Below, piece by piece: positions 23,145 through 30,779 of a DNA stretch of 39,792 nt. The stretch is from IMG/VR virus record IMGVR_UViG_3300013767_000083, positions 1-39,792 of that record. One strand, 5' to 3'. A model generated the notes under the pieces. The model searched no databases. It saw nothing but the letters and a program-made list of their open reading frames with translations, and had not been told where the DNA came from. The stretch comes from a virus. Each line of letters starts with the position of its first letter. Position 1 is the stretch's first letter. The position numbers and the translations under genes were made by a program.

Positions 23145-23975
23145 ATGCCCCTGATCAAATTCCCCGTTCTCAACCGCTGGTCGCTCAAGGTTCAATTCGA
23201 AGCCGAGATTGATTGCGCCGAAGATACGTCTCTGCGCGTCAAGATGGGACTCGCCGTCAGGTGGGCGTGCGAGCGCGATGCCGACCTGCGCGGTGCCGAC
23301 CTGCGCGGTGCCGTCCTGCGCGATGCCGACCTGCGCGATGCCGACCTGCGCGGTGCCGTCCTGCGCGATGCCGACCTGCGCGATGCCGACCTGCGCGATG
23401 CCGACCTGCGCGGTTCCGACCTGCGCGGTGCCGTCCTGCGCGGTGCCGTCCTGAGCGGTGCCGTCCTGAGCGATGCCGTCCTGAGCGATGCCGTCCTGAG
23501 CGATGCCGTCCTGCGCGATGCCGACCTGCGCGATGCCGACCTGCGCGGTGCCGTCCTGCGCGGTGCCGTCCTGCGCGATGCCGACCTGCGCGGTGCCGTC
23601 CTGAGCGGTGCCGTCCTGAGCGATGCCGTCCTGAGCGATGCCGTCCTGCGCGGTTCCGACCTGCGCGGTGTTCCCGTGGTTCCCCATATCGACGCCGCGA
23701 TCCTGCGGGCGATCGAGAATGGCGGGCAACTGGACATGTCTACCTGGCACCGATGTGAGACGACGCACTGCCGTGCTGGCTGGGCGATCACTCTAGCTGG
23801 CGCTGCGGGAGCGGCGCTCGAATTTGCAATGGGTTCTGCCGGCGCCGGCGCACTGATCTACGCCGCCAGTCGGCCTGGCAAGCCAGTGCCGAATTTCTAC
23901 GCCGACAACGAAATGGCCCTCGCCGATCTCCGCGAAGGGGCTGAGGCCGATCCCCTTCCGGTAGAGGTGAAGTGA
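23145..23975 (+). CDS. Pentapeptide-repeat protein (26 consecutive A(D/V)L(R/S)(G/D) pentapeptides) with a Cys/His C-terminal domain
   Basis: 276 aa. Repeats of DADLR/GAVLR/DAVLS type, then a C-terminus STWHRCETTHCRAGWAITLAG. Confidence 0.85.
   Translation: MPLIKFPVLNRWSLKVQFEAEIDCAEDTSLRVKMGLAVRWACERDADLRGADLRGAVLRDADLRDADLRGAVLRDADLRDADLRDADLRGSDLRGAVLRGAVLSGAVLSDAVLSDAVLSDAVLRDADLRDADLRGAVLRGAVLRDADLRGAVLSGAVLSDAVLSDAVLRGSDLRGVPVVPHIDAAILRAIENGGQLDMSTWHRCETTHCRAGWAITLAGAAGAALEFAMGSAGAGALIYAASRPGKPVPNFYADNEMALADLREGAEADPLPVEVK
23277..23666 (+). repeat. 15-bp tandem repeat of 26 units (G[A/G]T[G/T]CCG[A/T]CCTG[CG/AG]C) encoding the pentapeptide array
   Basis: Units counted directly. Only 5 of the 15 positions vary (positions 2, 4, 8 and the 12-13 dinucleotide), and there are no spacers. 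Confidence 0.95.
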
Positions 23976-24307
23976 TGGGCTCGCTCTCCTCGCCTTCGCG
24001 TCCGACGCAGCTGTATATCTCAGGCGGCTCGGCAAGCCACCGCACGCACACATGCGAGGTGGTGAAGGGCCGCTCCTCCTCCGCACACGAAGCCCTGGTG
24101 GGCCTCCTCGCCTTCCTCCGTCATGGCAAGGACGTGATCGCCGATCGGGAAGTCCTCTTCGATATCGCAGGCTGGGCACATGGCGCCCTGTGCGATGTGC
24201 GGGCGGAGAACTCGAAGATGCTGGACGACGAGAACCTACCGACTGACCTCTACCGGCTCGATCTCTCCGAGCTGGTCGAGGCGATGAACAAGCTGGGGGC
24301 GGCATAA
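23975..24307 (+). CDS. Hypothetical protein
   Basis: 110 aa from the ATG at 23975, with a TGATG overlap to the pentapeptide gene. Confidence 0.45.
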   Translation: MGSLSSPSRPTQLYISGGSASHRTHTCEVVKGRSSSAHEALVGLLAFLRHGKDVIADREVLFDIAGWAHGALCDVRAENSKMLDDENLPTDLYRLDLSELVEAMNKLGAA

Positions 24308-24344
24308 TGAAACCGCCTATCAATTTGCTTGCCAAGAGCGAGGA

Positions 24345-25259
24345 ATGACTGACATGAGCAAGCAAGCAGTGACCGAGATCGACTTCGGTACGAGCAATCC
24401 GATTGTGGAGAGTCCGTCTAATCTCCCCGCTCCAGCGCCCGCATCAGCCACGCCAGGGGTCGTCGAACCCGCGACCATCCTTCAGGTTATCGCCCGCGTC
24501 GCCAACGACCCGGCGTCCGATATCGAGAAGATGGAACGGCTCATCGCCATGCAGGAGCGCATGGAGGCTCGGCGAGCGCAGGTCGAGTACGACAACGCCA
24601 TGTCGGCGGCGCAGGAGGAGATCAAGCGCATCGTCGCCGACAAGGATAACACGCACACCAAGAGCCAATACGCGAGCTATGCGGCGCTCGATCGCGCGAT
24701 CCGACCGATCTACACAAAGCACGGCTTCTCGGTGACGTTCACCACGATCGAGGGGCCGGTCGATATGGTTCGTCTGCTGGCCCGCATCGCTCACCGGGCC
24801 GGTCACCGTGAGGAAGCACGGCTGGACATGCCGGCAGACGGCCGTGGCGCCCAAGGCGCCGGGGTAATGTCCAAGACGCACGCCACGGGGGCCGCCATCA
24901 CTTACGGCAAGCGCTACCTATCAGGCATGATCTGGAACCTTGCTATTGGCGAGGACGACGACGGCAACGGGGCCGACTCCGATATCGAGGCCAACGCGCC
25001 CCCCAACGCCCTCCGGGACAGAGAGGGAAAGTTGCTTTCGCACTATGCCTCGGACAAGGCCCAAACCTTCACCTCTCGCGCCATAGAATCGATCAACCTC
25101 TCGGCCAACCCCGAGGCCGTCAAGGATTGGCGCCGCCAGAATTGCAAGGCGCCCAAGGGATCGAACGTCTCCCCCCTCGCGTGGCTTGAGTTCCACGCTC
25201 CCACGGAATTTGTGCGCGTGAAGATGGCCTATGAAAACGCGACTGGGGAGGCGTGGTGA
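24345..25259 (+). CDS. erf: Erf-family single-strand annealing recombinase
   Basis: 304 aa with a GAGGA ribosome-binding site. Motifs YASYAALDRAIRPIYTKHGF, HRAGHREE and THATGAAITYGKRYLSGMIWNLAIGEDDDGNG. Confidence 0.7.
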   Translation: MTDMSKQAVTEIDFGTSNPIVESPSNLPAPAPASATPGVVEPATILQVIARVANDPASDIEKMERLIAMQERMEARRAQVEYDNAMSAAQEEIKRIVADKDNTHTKSQYASYAALDRAIRPIYTKHGFSVTFTTIEGPVDMVRLLARIAHRAGHREEARLDMPADGRGAQGAGVMSKTHATGAAITYGKRYLSGMIWNLAIGEDDDGNGADSDIEANAPPNALRDREGKLLSHYASDKAQTFTSRAIESINLSANPEAVKDWRRQNCKAPKGSNVSPLAWLEFHAPTEFVRVKMAYENATGEAW

Positions 25260-25663
25260 TGAGCGCCCCCCGCACCTTCCGGCTGAGCAGCGAATCGCTT
25301 CGAGATTGGGTGGCGTCTTTCGTCAAGACGGCGCCGCTCGGCTGCTATGTCGAGGTGCGTTCGGAAGCACGCTATAACCTTCAGAACCGACGCTTGCACG
25401 CCATGATCAGAGAGGCAGTTGCCAATGGCTTCGCCGTCAATGGCAGACGTTTCACCGAGGACGAAGCCAAGACGCTTTTCGTCTCCGGCTGGATGATCGA
25501 GCAAGGCTTTACGTCCGATATCGTGCGCGGCCTCAATGACGAACCGGTGCAGCTCCGACGCTCGACAACCACCTTCGACAAAGGCGAGCTGACCAGTCTC
25601 ATGGACTATATCGACAAGGAGTGCGCTGTACGCGGCTATCCGCTTCAGGAGCGCGCCGCATGA
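25259..25663 (+). CDS. ninB: NinB/Orf-like recombination mediator
   Basis: 134 aa (TGATG overlap). The sequence RYNLQNRRLHAMIREAV...RRSTTTFDKGELTSLMDYI resembles the NinB family. Confidence 0.55.
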   Translation: MSAPRTFRLSSESLRDWVASFVKTAPLGCYVEVRSEARYNLQNRRLHAMIREAVANGFAVNGRRFTEDEAKTLFVSGWMIEQGFTSDIVRGLNDEPVQLRRSTTTFDKGELTSLMDYIDKECAVRGYPLQERAA

Positions 25664-26025
25664 GGCACGAATTCAGTAAGCAGACCAAACGCGACGCCCT
25701 GCAGCGTTCCGGGATGCTCTGCGAGGCCGTCGGTGCCTTATATGGGTTGCCGAGCACCAAACGCTGCAATGCTCCCCTATCCTATGGGGTCGAGTTCGAC
25801 CATGTGATCCTGGACGCAAATTCCAAGGACAACAGCCTCGCGAACTGCGCCGCGGTCTGCATCAAATGCCATCGCTGGAAGACGGCGAAGCACGACACGC
25901 CATTGGCCGCCAAGACTGTCCGTCAACGCGACCGACATTCGGGAATCAAGACGCGTAGCTATATGCCCGGCAGTCGGCTCTCTCGCTTCAAGAAAAAGCT
26001 CGATGGTACCGTGGTGTTGAGATGA
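25660..26025 (+). CDS. HNH endonuclease (intact)
   Basis: 121 aa (ATGA overlap). Motif VEFDHVILDANSKDNSLANCAAVCIKCHRWKTAKHD. Confidence 0.75.
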   Translation: MRHEFSKQTKRDALQRSGMLCEAVGALYGLPSTKRCNAPLSYGVEFDHVILDANSKDNSLANCAAVCIKCHRWKTAKHDTPLAAKTVRQRDRHSGIKTRSYMPGSRLSRFKKKLDGTVVLR

Positions 26026-26195
26026 ACCCCAAGCAAGTCGCCGCCGACATCAAGACCGGCCAACGCTGCTGGCTATGCCTTGCCTACATTGTCTGGCCAG
26101 ATGGAGCACCAGGTAAGGAAACGCTCTGCCCCAGATGCGAGAGCGAGAAGCCGTGCCGTGAGTACAAGGCGATCTGGGATGGGAGGGAGGGGTGA
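26022..26195 (+). CDS. Small zinc-ribbon protein (57 aa, below the track threshold)
   Basis: Hand translation gives MNPKQVAADIKTGQRCWLCLAY...LCPRCESEKPC. ATGA overlap upstream and GTGA overlap downstream. Confidence 0.45.
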   Translation: MNPKQVAADIKTGQRCWLCLAYIVWPDGAPGKETLCPRCESEKPCREYKAIWDGREG

Positions 26196-26971
26196 AGGTG
26201 CTGGACCTTTTCTCCGGAATTGGCGGCTTCAGCCTTGGCCTGGAGCGGGCGGGAATGCAGACGGTCGCCTTCTGCGAGATCGATCCATTCTGCCGCCGCG
26301 TGTTGGCAAAGCATTGGCCTGGCGTGCCAATATTCGAGGACGTGCGAACCCTCCGAGGAAGTGATGTCGAAGCAGTTGACGTTATCTGCGGAGGGTTTCC
26401 CTGCCAGGATGTCTCTATCGCAAACGTCGCCGGCGCGGGCCTTGATGGCGAACGAAGCGGGCTTTGGTTCGAGTACGCCCGTCTTATTGGCGAGATACGA
26501 CCGCGCTTCGTCCTCGTGGAGAACGTCGCAGAGCTGCTTGGTCGAGGGATGGGCGAGGTTCTCGGACCGTTGGCCGCCCTCGGGTATGATGCTGAGTGGC
26601 GTATGCTTCGCGGCCTCGATGTGGGACTACCCTTTATCGGAGAGCGGATCTGGATTGTTGCCACGCCCGAATGCCAGGGACGGGAAGGACGTTTCCAGTA
26701 CCTCAGTCCACTTGGCTTCGAGGGAACGCCATCAACCGAGCGCCGCCACCAGGCTATTAGAGCGCGGGGTGAACTGGAAGCTCATTTCCTCGGCCTACGA
26801 GGCGATGATGGGCTTTCCGTCACGATGGAGCGCCGCCGTCTACACGGGCTCGGAAACGCTGTTACGCCGCAAATCCCGGAAGCGATCGGCCGCGCGATCA
26901 TGAATGCAGAGGCGATCTGGGATGGCCGAGCCGACGCACTGGAGCGCCCCACTGGAAGGAGCCGCACATGA
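26192..26971 (+). CDS. C5-cytosine DNA methyltransferase (short, orphan)
   Basis: 259 aa. Motif I DLFSGIGG, motif IV GGFPCQDVS, motif VI VLVENV, motif X GLGNAVTP. No restriction endonuclease partner is visible. Confidence 0.85.
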   Translation: MKVLDLFSGIGGFSLGLERAGMQTVAFCEIDPFCRRVLAKHWPGVPIFEDVRTLRGSDVEAVDVICGGFPCQDVSIANVAGAGLDGERSGLWFEYARLIGEIRPRFVLVENVAELLGRGMGEVLGPLAALGYDAEWRMLRGLDVGLPFIGERIWIVATPECQGREGRFQYLSPLGFEGTPSTERRHQAIRARGELEAHFLGLRGDDGLSVTMERRRLHGLGNAVTPQIPEAIGRAIMNAEAIWDGRADALERPTGRSRT

Positions 26972-27031
26972 GAGATGAGCCACAAGAGAATACCTCCCCC
27001 TCCCTCACTGAGGCCGTAGAGGCGGCGCGGC
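26947..27031 (+). repeat. 85-bp junction repeat, copy 1 (one mismatch to 28213-28297)
   Basis: CCCCACTGGAAGGAGCCGCACATGAGAGATGAGCCACAAGAGAATACCTCCCCCTCCCTCAC[T/C]GAGGCCGTAGAGGCGGCGCGGC, read in both places. Confidence 0.9.
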
Positions 27032-27270
27032 GGATAATTAATTGGGATAAGCGCGCTGCCCATGTGGGCGATCCTGCCCTACTGACGGTTTCTGGTCTGC
27101 TCGTAAAAGATGCCCTTTTAGTCGCCAACACCCTCCCCTCGCTTGTGGCGCAGAACGAGCGGTACAGCGAGGCCCTACGTTCGATCATGCTTGACGCCGA
27201 AGACGATGATGGCGTCTGGGCACGCGACATGGCCCGCGTAGCACTATCCGAGGAGCAGCCTGATGACTGA
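26968..27270 (+). CDS. Hypothetical protein A1 (paralog of 28234..28560)
   Basis: 100 aa. The first 21 aa, MRDEPQENTSPSLTEAVEAAR, are identical to the paralog. It also shares SLVAQNERY and a C-terminal EEQPxD. Confidence 0.55.
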   Translation: MRDEPQENTSPSLTEAVEAARRIINWDKRAAHVGDPALLTVSGLLVKDALLVANTLPSLVAQNERYSEALRSIMLDAEDDDGVWARDMARVALSEEQPDD

Positions 27271-27742
27271 GCGTGACGTGGTGAGGCAACTTAACACGCT
27301 AGCAGACTGGCATAGACTTCGCGCCGTGGAGAAGCTGAATGCAGAAAACGCCGCATGGCATCATAAGCAAGAGGATATTCTACTCGCCGTTGCCGAACGC
27401 CTCCGCCGCCCCGCGCCTGCCGTGGGGGATGTGGCGTCCCATCCGATATTCGCCTTCCTGCAGGGATCAGCGCCTTACGATGGCGTCTGGTTCAGTGAGA
27501 GGCATCCGACCGAGAAAGGCGCGTACTGGTGGCGAAAGCATCTTCGTGCTGCCATCTCAGCCGCCCAAGCGGATAGGGATGCGGTGATTGAACAATGTAT
27601 CGCGACGGGGCGATCGTTGGGCGCGCACATTCCTGCGGATACCACCGATAAATGGGATCACGCCTACAAAACGGCACTTATTAGTGTTGAGGACGCTCTG
27701 CGCGCCCTCAAATCCCCAGCCACAGGAGATGAGAATGGGTGA
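27263..27742 (+). CDS. Hypothetical protein B1 (paralog of 28553..28993)
   Basis: 159 aa. Shared islands: MTERD, LRRPAPAVGDV, QADRDAVI and LKSPATGD(E/K)NG. Confidence 0.55.
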   Translation: MTERDVVRQLNTLADWHRLRAVEKLNAENAAWHHKQEDILLAVAERLRRPAPAVGDVASHPIFAFLQGSAPYDGVWFSERHPTEKGAYWWRKHLRAAISAAQADRDAVIEQCIATGRSLGAHIPADTTDKWDHAYKTALISVEDALRALKSPATGDENG

Positions 27743-28244
27743 GGCGGACTTACACCAAAGCCAGCTTGCGCCCGCCGAGAACAAGTTCCATCGCGGCAAT
27801 GGTGACGATGGCAAGCATTACTGGATCACGCCACCAGACCTCTACGCTCGACTCAATGCCGAGTTCTCTTTCGACTTCGACCCGTGCCCCTATCCACTGC
27901 CGGAGGGTTTCGACGGGCTCACCTGTGAGTGGGGCCAAAGCAGCTATTGTAATCCGCCTTTCGGATCCATCGTTCATCAGGGCCGCAAGAAAGGCCCCAC
28001 CGCATGGGTGCGTAAGGCGATCACGGAGTGGCAGAAGGGCAAGCGCGTCGTCCTCGTCTACCCGATCGACAAGTGGGTCCTGATGCTCGTGAAAACCATC
28101 CTTGGAGAGCATGCCCAGATTCGCAATCTAGGAGACGTGCGCTGGCATGCCATTGAAGATGGATCCGCAGGCAAGGGAACGGGCCGGCACATCGCCTGCT
28201 TCATCCTCTCTCCCCCACTGGAAGGAGCCGCACATGAGAGATGA
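27735..28244 (+). CDS. N6-adenine DNA methyltransferase (phage Dam-like, orphan)
   Basis: 169 aa from the ATG at 27735, with AGGAG 6 nt upstream. Motifs HYWITPPDLYARLNAEFSFDFDPCP and CNPPF. Confidence 0.75.
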   Translation: MGEADLHQSQLAPAENKFHRGNGDDGKHYWITPPDLYARLNAEFSFDFDPCPYPLPEGFDGLTCEWGQSSYCNPPFGSIVHQGRKKGPTAWVRKAITEWQKGKRVVLVYPIDKWVLMLVKTILGEHAQIRNLGDVRWHAIEDGSAGKGTGRHIACFILSPPLEGAAHER

Positions 28245-28297
28245 GCCACAAGAGAATACCTCCCCCTCCCTCACCGAGGCCGTAGAGGCGGCGCGGC
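28213..28297 (+). repeat. 85-bp junction repeat, copy 2
   Basis: Same string as 26947-27031, offset by 1266 bp, with a single T/C difference. Confidence 0.9.
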
Positions 28298-28560
28298 TGC
28301 GCCTAAAGCATGCGGAACAGCATGAGTTCGGATATTGTAATATCCGCACGGAGTACCTGCGCAAGCTCCTCTCGCTTGTAGCGCAGAACGAGCGATATGC
28401 GAACCCCACTCCTGAAATGATCAACGCGGCATGGAACGAGGTTCGGAGGTGGTGGCCAGTCGGTCAGCCGGTCAGGGTCGATCATCCAATGCCTGGTTTT
28501 AGGGAAGCAATGCAAGCGATGGCCCGCGCAGCACTCTTCGAGGAGCAGCCCCATGACTGA
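28234..28560 (+). CDS. Hypothetical protein A2 (paralog of 26968..27270)
   Basis: 108 aa. The ATG at 28234 lies within the shared junction repeat. Confidence 0.55.
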   Translation: MRDEPQENTSPSLTEAVEAARLRLKHAEQHEFGYCNIRTEYLRKLLSLVAQNERYANPTPEMINAAWNEVRRWWPVGQPVRVDHPMPGFREAMQAMARAALFEEQPHD

Positions 28561-28993
28561 GCGTGACATAGTGCTTTGGCTCCGGCACGAAGCGAGAGAA
28601 ACGACTGATGATATTCGGAGGCGCCGATTGAATGAAGCCGCCAATGAATTGGAACGCCTCCGCCGCCCCGCGCCTGCCGTGGGGGATGTGGAGCGGGCAG
28701 CCGAGGCCATCTTCAATGTGGATTACCCCGGCAACAAATGGCCCGAGCACGCAACACGGCAATCTGCGAGAAAGTACCGGGAATATGCCCGCGCCGCCCT
28801 CTCCGCCGTCCAAGCGGATAGGGATGCGGTGATCCGGGAGGCTATCTACACGGTAGATACCGAATTGGAGAATGGCTCTCCGAAACACACATGGGATGGC
28901 GATGAGCGTGCCATAGATGGTGCGAGGGAGCGCGCGATATTGGCGCTGGAAGGTCTCCTCAAATCCCCAGCCACAGGAGATAAGAATGGGTGA
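28553..28993 (+). CDS. Hypothetical protein B2 (paralog of 27263..27742)
   Basis: 146 aa with the same conserved islands as B1. Confidence 0.55.
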   Translation: MTERDIVLWLRHEARETTDDIRRRRLNEAANELERLRRPAPAVGDVERAAEAIFNVDYPGNKWPEHATRQSARKYREYARAALSAVQADRDAVIREAIYTVDTELENGSPKHTWDGDERAIDGARERAILALEGLLKSPATGDKNG

Positions 28994-29180
28994 GCGCATC
29001 GAAATCATGAGCGAGCCTTGCGACTGTCCACCCGGCCGGTGCGCCGCTCTCGTCGAGCCCGACAGCAATTGCATCAATCGCCTGTCTGGCGACGTTCGCA
29101 CGATGCGATGCCCTAAGCACGATGGTTATACTTGGCACCAAGACGGCGTTTGCCTCAGGTGCAAGGCTGGTGAGCCATGA
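28986..29180 (+). CDS. Small Cys-rich protein
   Basis: 64 aa from the ATG at 28986, in the same ATGGGTGAG start context as the Dam gene. It contains 8 Cys. Confidence 0.45.
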   Translation: MGERIEIMSEPCDCPPGRCAALVEPDSNCINRLSGDVRTMRCPKHDGYTWHQDGVCLRCKAGEP

Positions 29181-29710
29181 CGCGCGAACCATTGCCGGCG
29201 CTACGAGAATGTCCCTGTTGCGCGAGTACCGACTTGAAGCGCAGCGATGCGGGTGTGCACTCGGGTTTTTCGCCGGGCATCACCTGTCGTCGATGCAACA
29301 TGAACGGCCCTTTGAAATCATGGAACGCGCGCAGCCCGGCATCAGGGGCGCGGGAGGAGGCGTTAGAATTGGCACTCAAAATTATTCGCGATATGCCCAT
29401 TCGTGAGCAGGACAATTTACTCGCCGCTAACATGCGGAATGTGGCGGAACGCGCCCTCGAAGCCGAAGGAGTGAAGGCGATGTTAGCACGCGAGACCTGC
29501 TGGCGCTGCAGCGGAGAAGGTCACGTTTGGACTGGCGAAGACCTTAAGGTTTGCTGGGCGTGTGATGGGAACGGCTCTCTACCCAAGAGAGATGAGCGCG
29601 AGCGTTTCGTAAAAGAAACCGATGGGGAGGATGGGAGCACAGGAGGGGTGGATGGGGAAAATGATGGTTCGCTCGCTTCGCTCACCAAACGAGAAACAGA
29701 AACATCATGA
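29177..29710 (+). CDS. Lar-like restriction-alleviation domain fused to a DnaJ-type CxxCxGxG zinc-finger region
   Basis: 177 aa. The N-terminus ECPCC...ITCRRCNMNGP...SWNAR fits the Lar family pattern. The C-terminus has CWRCSGEG and CWACDGNG. Confidence 0.55.
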   Translation: MTREPLPALRECPCCASTDLKRSDAGVHSGFSPGITCRRCNMNGPLKSWNARSPASGAREEALELALKIIRDMPIREQDNLLAANMRNVAERALEAEGVKAMLARETCWRCSGEGHVWTGEDLKVCWACDGNGSLPKRDERERFVKETDGEDGSTGGVDGENDGSLASLTKRETETS

Positions 29711-29946
29711 ACTCTCGACGCTCTACTCGAATCAAGGCTGCTGAATTGGCGGCCCAATGCCTCGGAGCTGAACTGGCGGCCGGTGGTGCAGCGGCGGGGC
29801 GCTTGATGGCGCTTGTGGTCTTCTTTGAGACATATATCGATCAGGGTACCGATGCGACAGACAAGGCGATGAAGCTCTTGTCGGGGCGCCGCAAGGCCAA
29901 CCTCAAGGTCATCGCCGGCGGCAATCTTACTAGGGATCTGAGATGA
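29707..29946 (+). CDS. Hypothetical protein
   Basis: 79-aa ORF with ATGA overlaps on both sides. Confidence 0.4.
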   Translation: MNSRRSTRIKAAELAAQCLGAELAAGGAAAGRLMALVVFFETYIDQGTDATDKAMKLLSGRRKANLKVIAGGNLTRDLR

Positions 29947-30404
29947 AGTTTTCACCAACTGCTTGCCGTATCCTGAATGCGCGTCGCTTTGAGCGCGATA
30001 TGCGCGCCGACGGATGGGAGCCGGTCGAATTGCCGTGGCGCTTCCACTGTGGAGACAGATGGCGAGAGCGGGCAATCGAAGTGGTGCTCTCTCCCGACGG
30101 TCGAACCATCTGGTTCAAGTCTGACGGCGGCGTTCTTTACGAGATGCGGACTCGTGACGAAGCAAACCGGCGCACTTGGGAACTGTCGCCGCATACGACC
30201 GAGCAATGCTGCGGCATCGCGTATGGTGGCTATCCATGCGGGGCCAAGTACGGCCATCTCGTCAATGGCCGCTCTTTCTGCAGCCAGCATTGGGTGCAGG
30301 CCTTTGAGTCGGAAACGTCTCCGACGAACGAGATGGGTACGAAGGCCATTCATATGGCCGAAGTCACTTCCCAACCCGCCACCACCCCAGAGGCAGAGGG
30401 ATGA
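29943..30404 (+). CDS. Hypothetical protein
   Basis: 153-aa ORF with an ATGA overlap to the upstream gene. Confidence 0.45.
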   Translation: MKFSPTACRILNARRFERDMRADGWEPVELPWRFHCGDRWRERAIEVVLSPDGRTIWFKSDGGVLYEMRTRDEANRRTWELSPHTTEQCCGIAYGGYPCGAKYGHLVNGRSFCSQHWVQAFESETSPTNEMGTKAIHMAEVTSQPATTPEAEG

Positions 30405-30522
30405 GCGAGTCGGGCGAGCGTGCGGCGTCCTTGGGGGCTAAGGGCTTGACGTTCAGCTGCACACTCACAACTGCACCCCTGCGGCCCGCACCCCCGCTCA
30501 GGCGCCCAGTAGGAGCACGTGG

Positions 30523-30771
30523 ATGAGTGAGCGCGTCGGTCTTCCCTACCCGCCCCGAGGGCTATGCCGCGAGGATGCCGCCCTCTATATCGGCGTGGGC
30601 ACAACGACATTCGATCGCCTAGTCGATGAAGGAAAGATGCCGCGCCCAATCCGGGTGGGCAAACGGGTGCTATGGGACCGGCTCAAGTTGGAGGCGGCCT
30701 TCTCGGATCTGGACGAGGATCGGGAAAACTACTTCGACAGGGCGTTGAAAGTCGTACCGGGTCGCAGGTAG
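30523..30771 (+). CDS. xis: AlpA/excisionase-family HTH protein
   Basis: 82 aa with an AGGAG ribosome-binding site. Motif LCREDAALYIGVGTTTFDRLVDEGKMPRPIRVGKRVLWDR. It lies directly upstream of the integrase. Confidence 0.7.
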   Translation: MSERVGLPYPPRGLCREDAALYIGVGTTTFDRLVDEGKMPRPIRVGKRVLWDRLKLEAAFSDLDEDRENYFDRALKVVPGRR

Positions 30772-30779
30772 CGTGCGGC

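Noticed and set aside
23277-23666. Possible CRISPR array
   Set aside because: The units are 15 bp, directly abutting with no spacers, and in frame within a protein-coding gene. No cas genes are present.
23112-23791. Four long ORFs in other frames or on the other strand across the pentapeptide array (23112..23768 -, 23192..23791 -, 23209..23454 +, 23213..23758 +)
   Set aside because: These are repeat shadows. Any frame of a 15-bp tandem repeat stays open. Only 23145..23975 has non-repetitive N- and C-terminal domains, a ribosome-binding site and operon coupling.
26220-26903. 227-aa alternate-frame ORF inside the C5-methyltransferase gene
   Set aside because: It has no motifs, whereas frame 26192..26971 carries methyltransferase motifs I, IV, VI and X.
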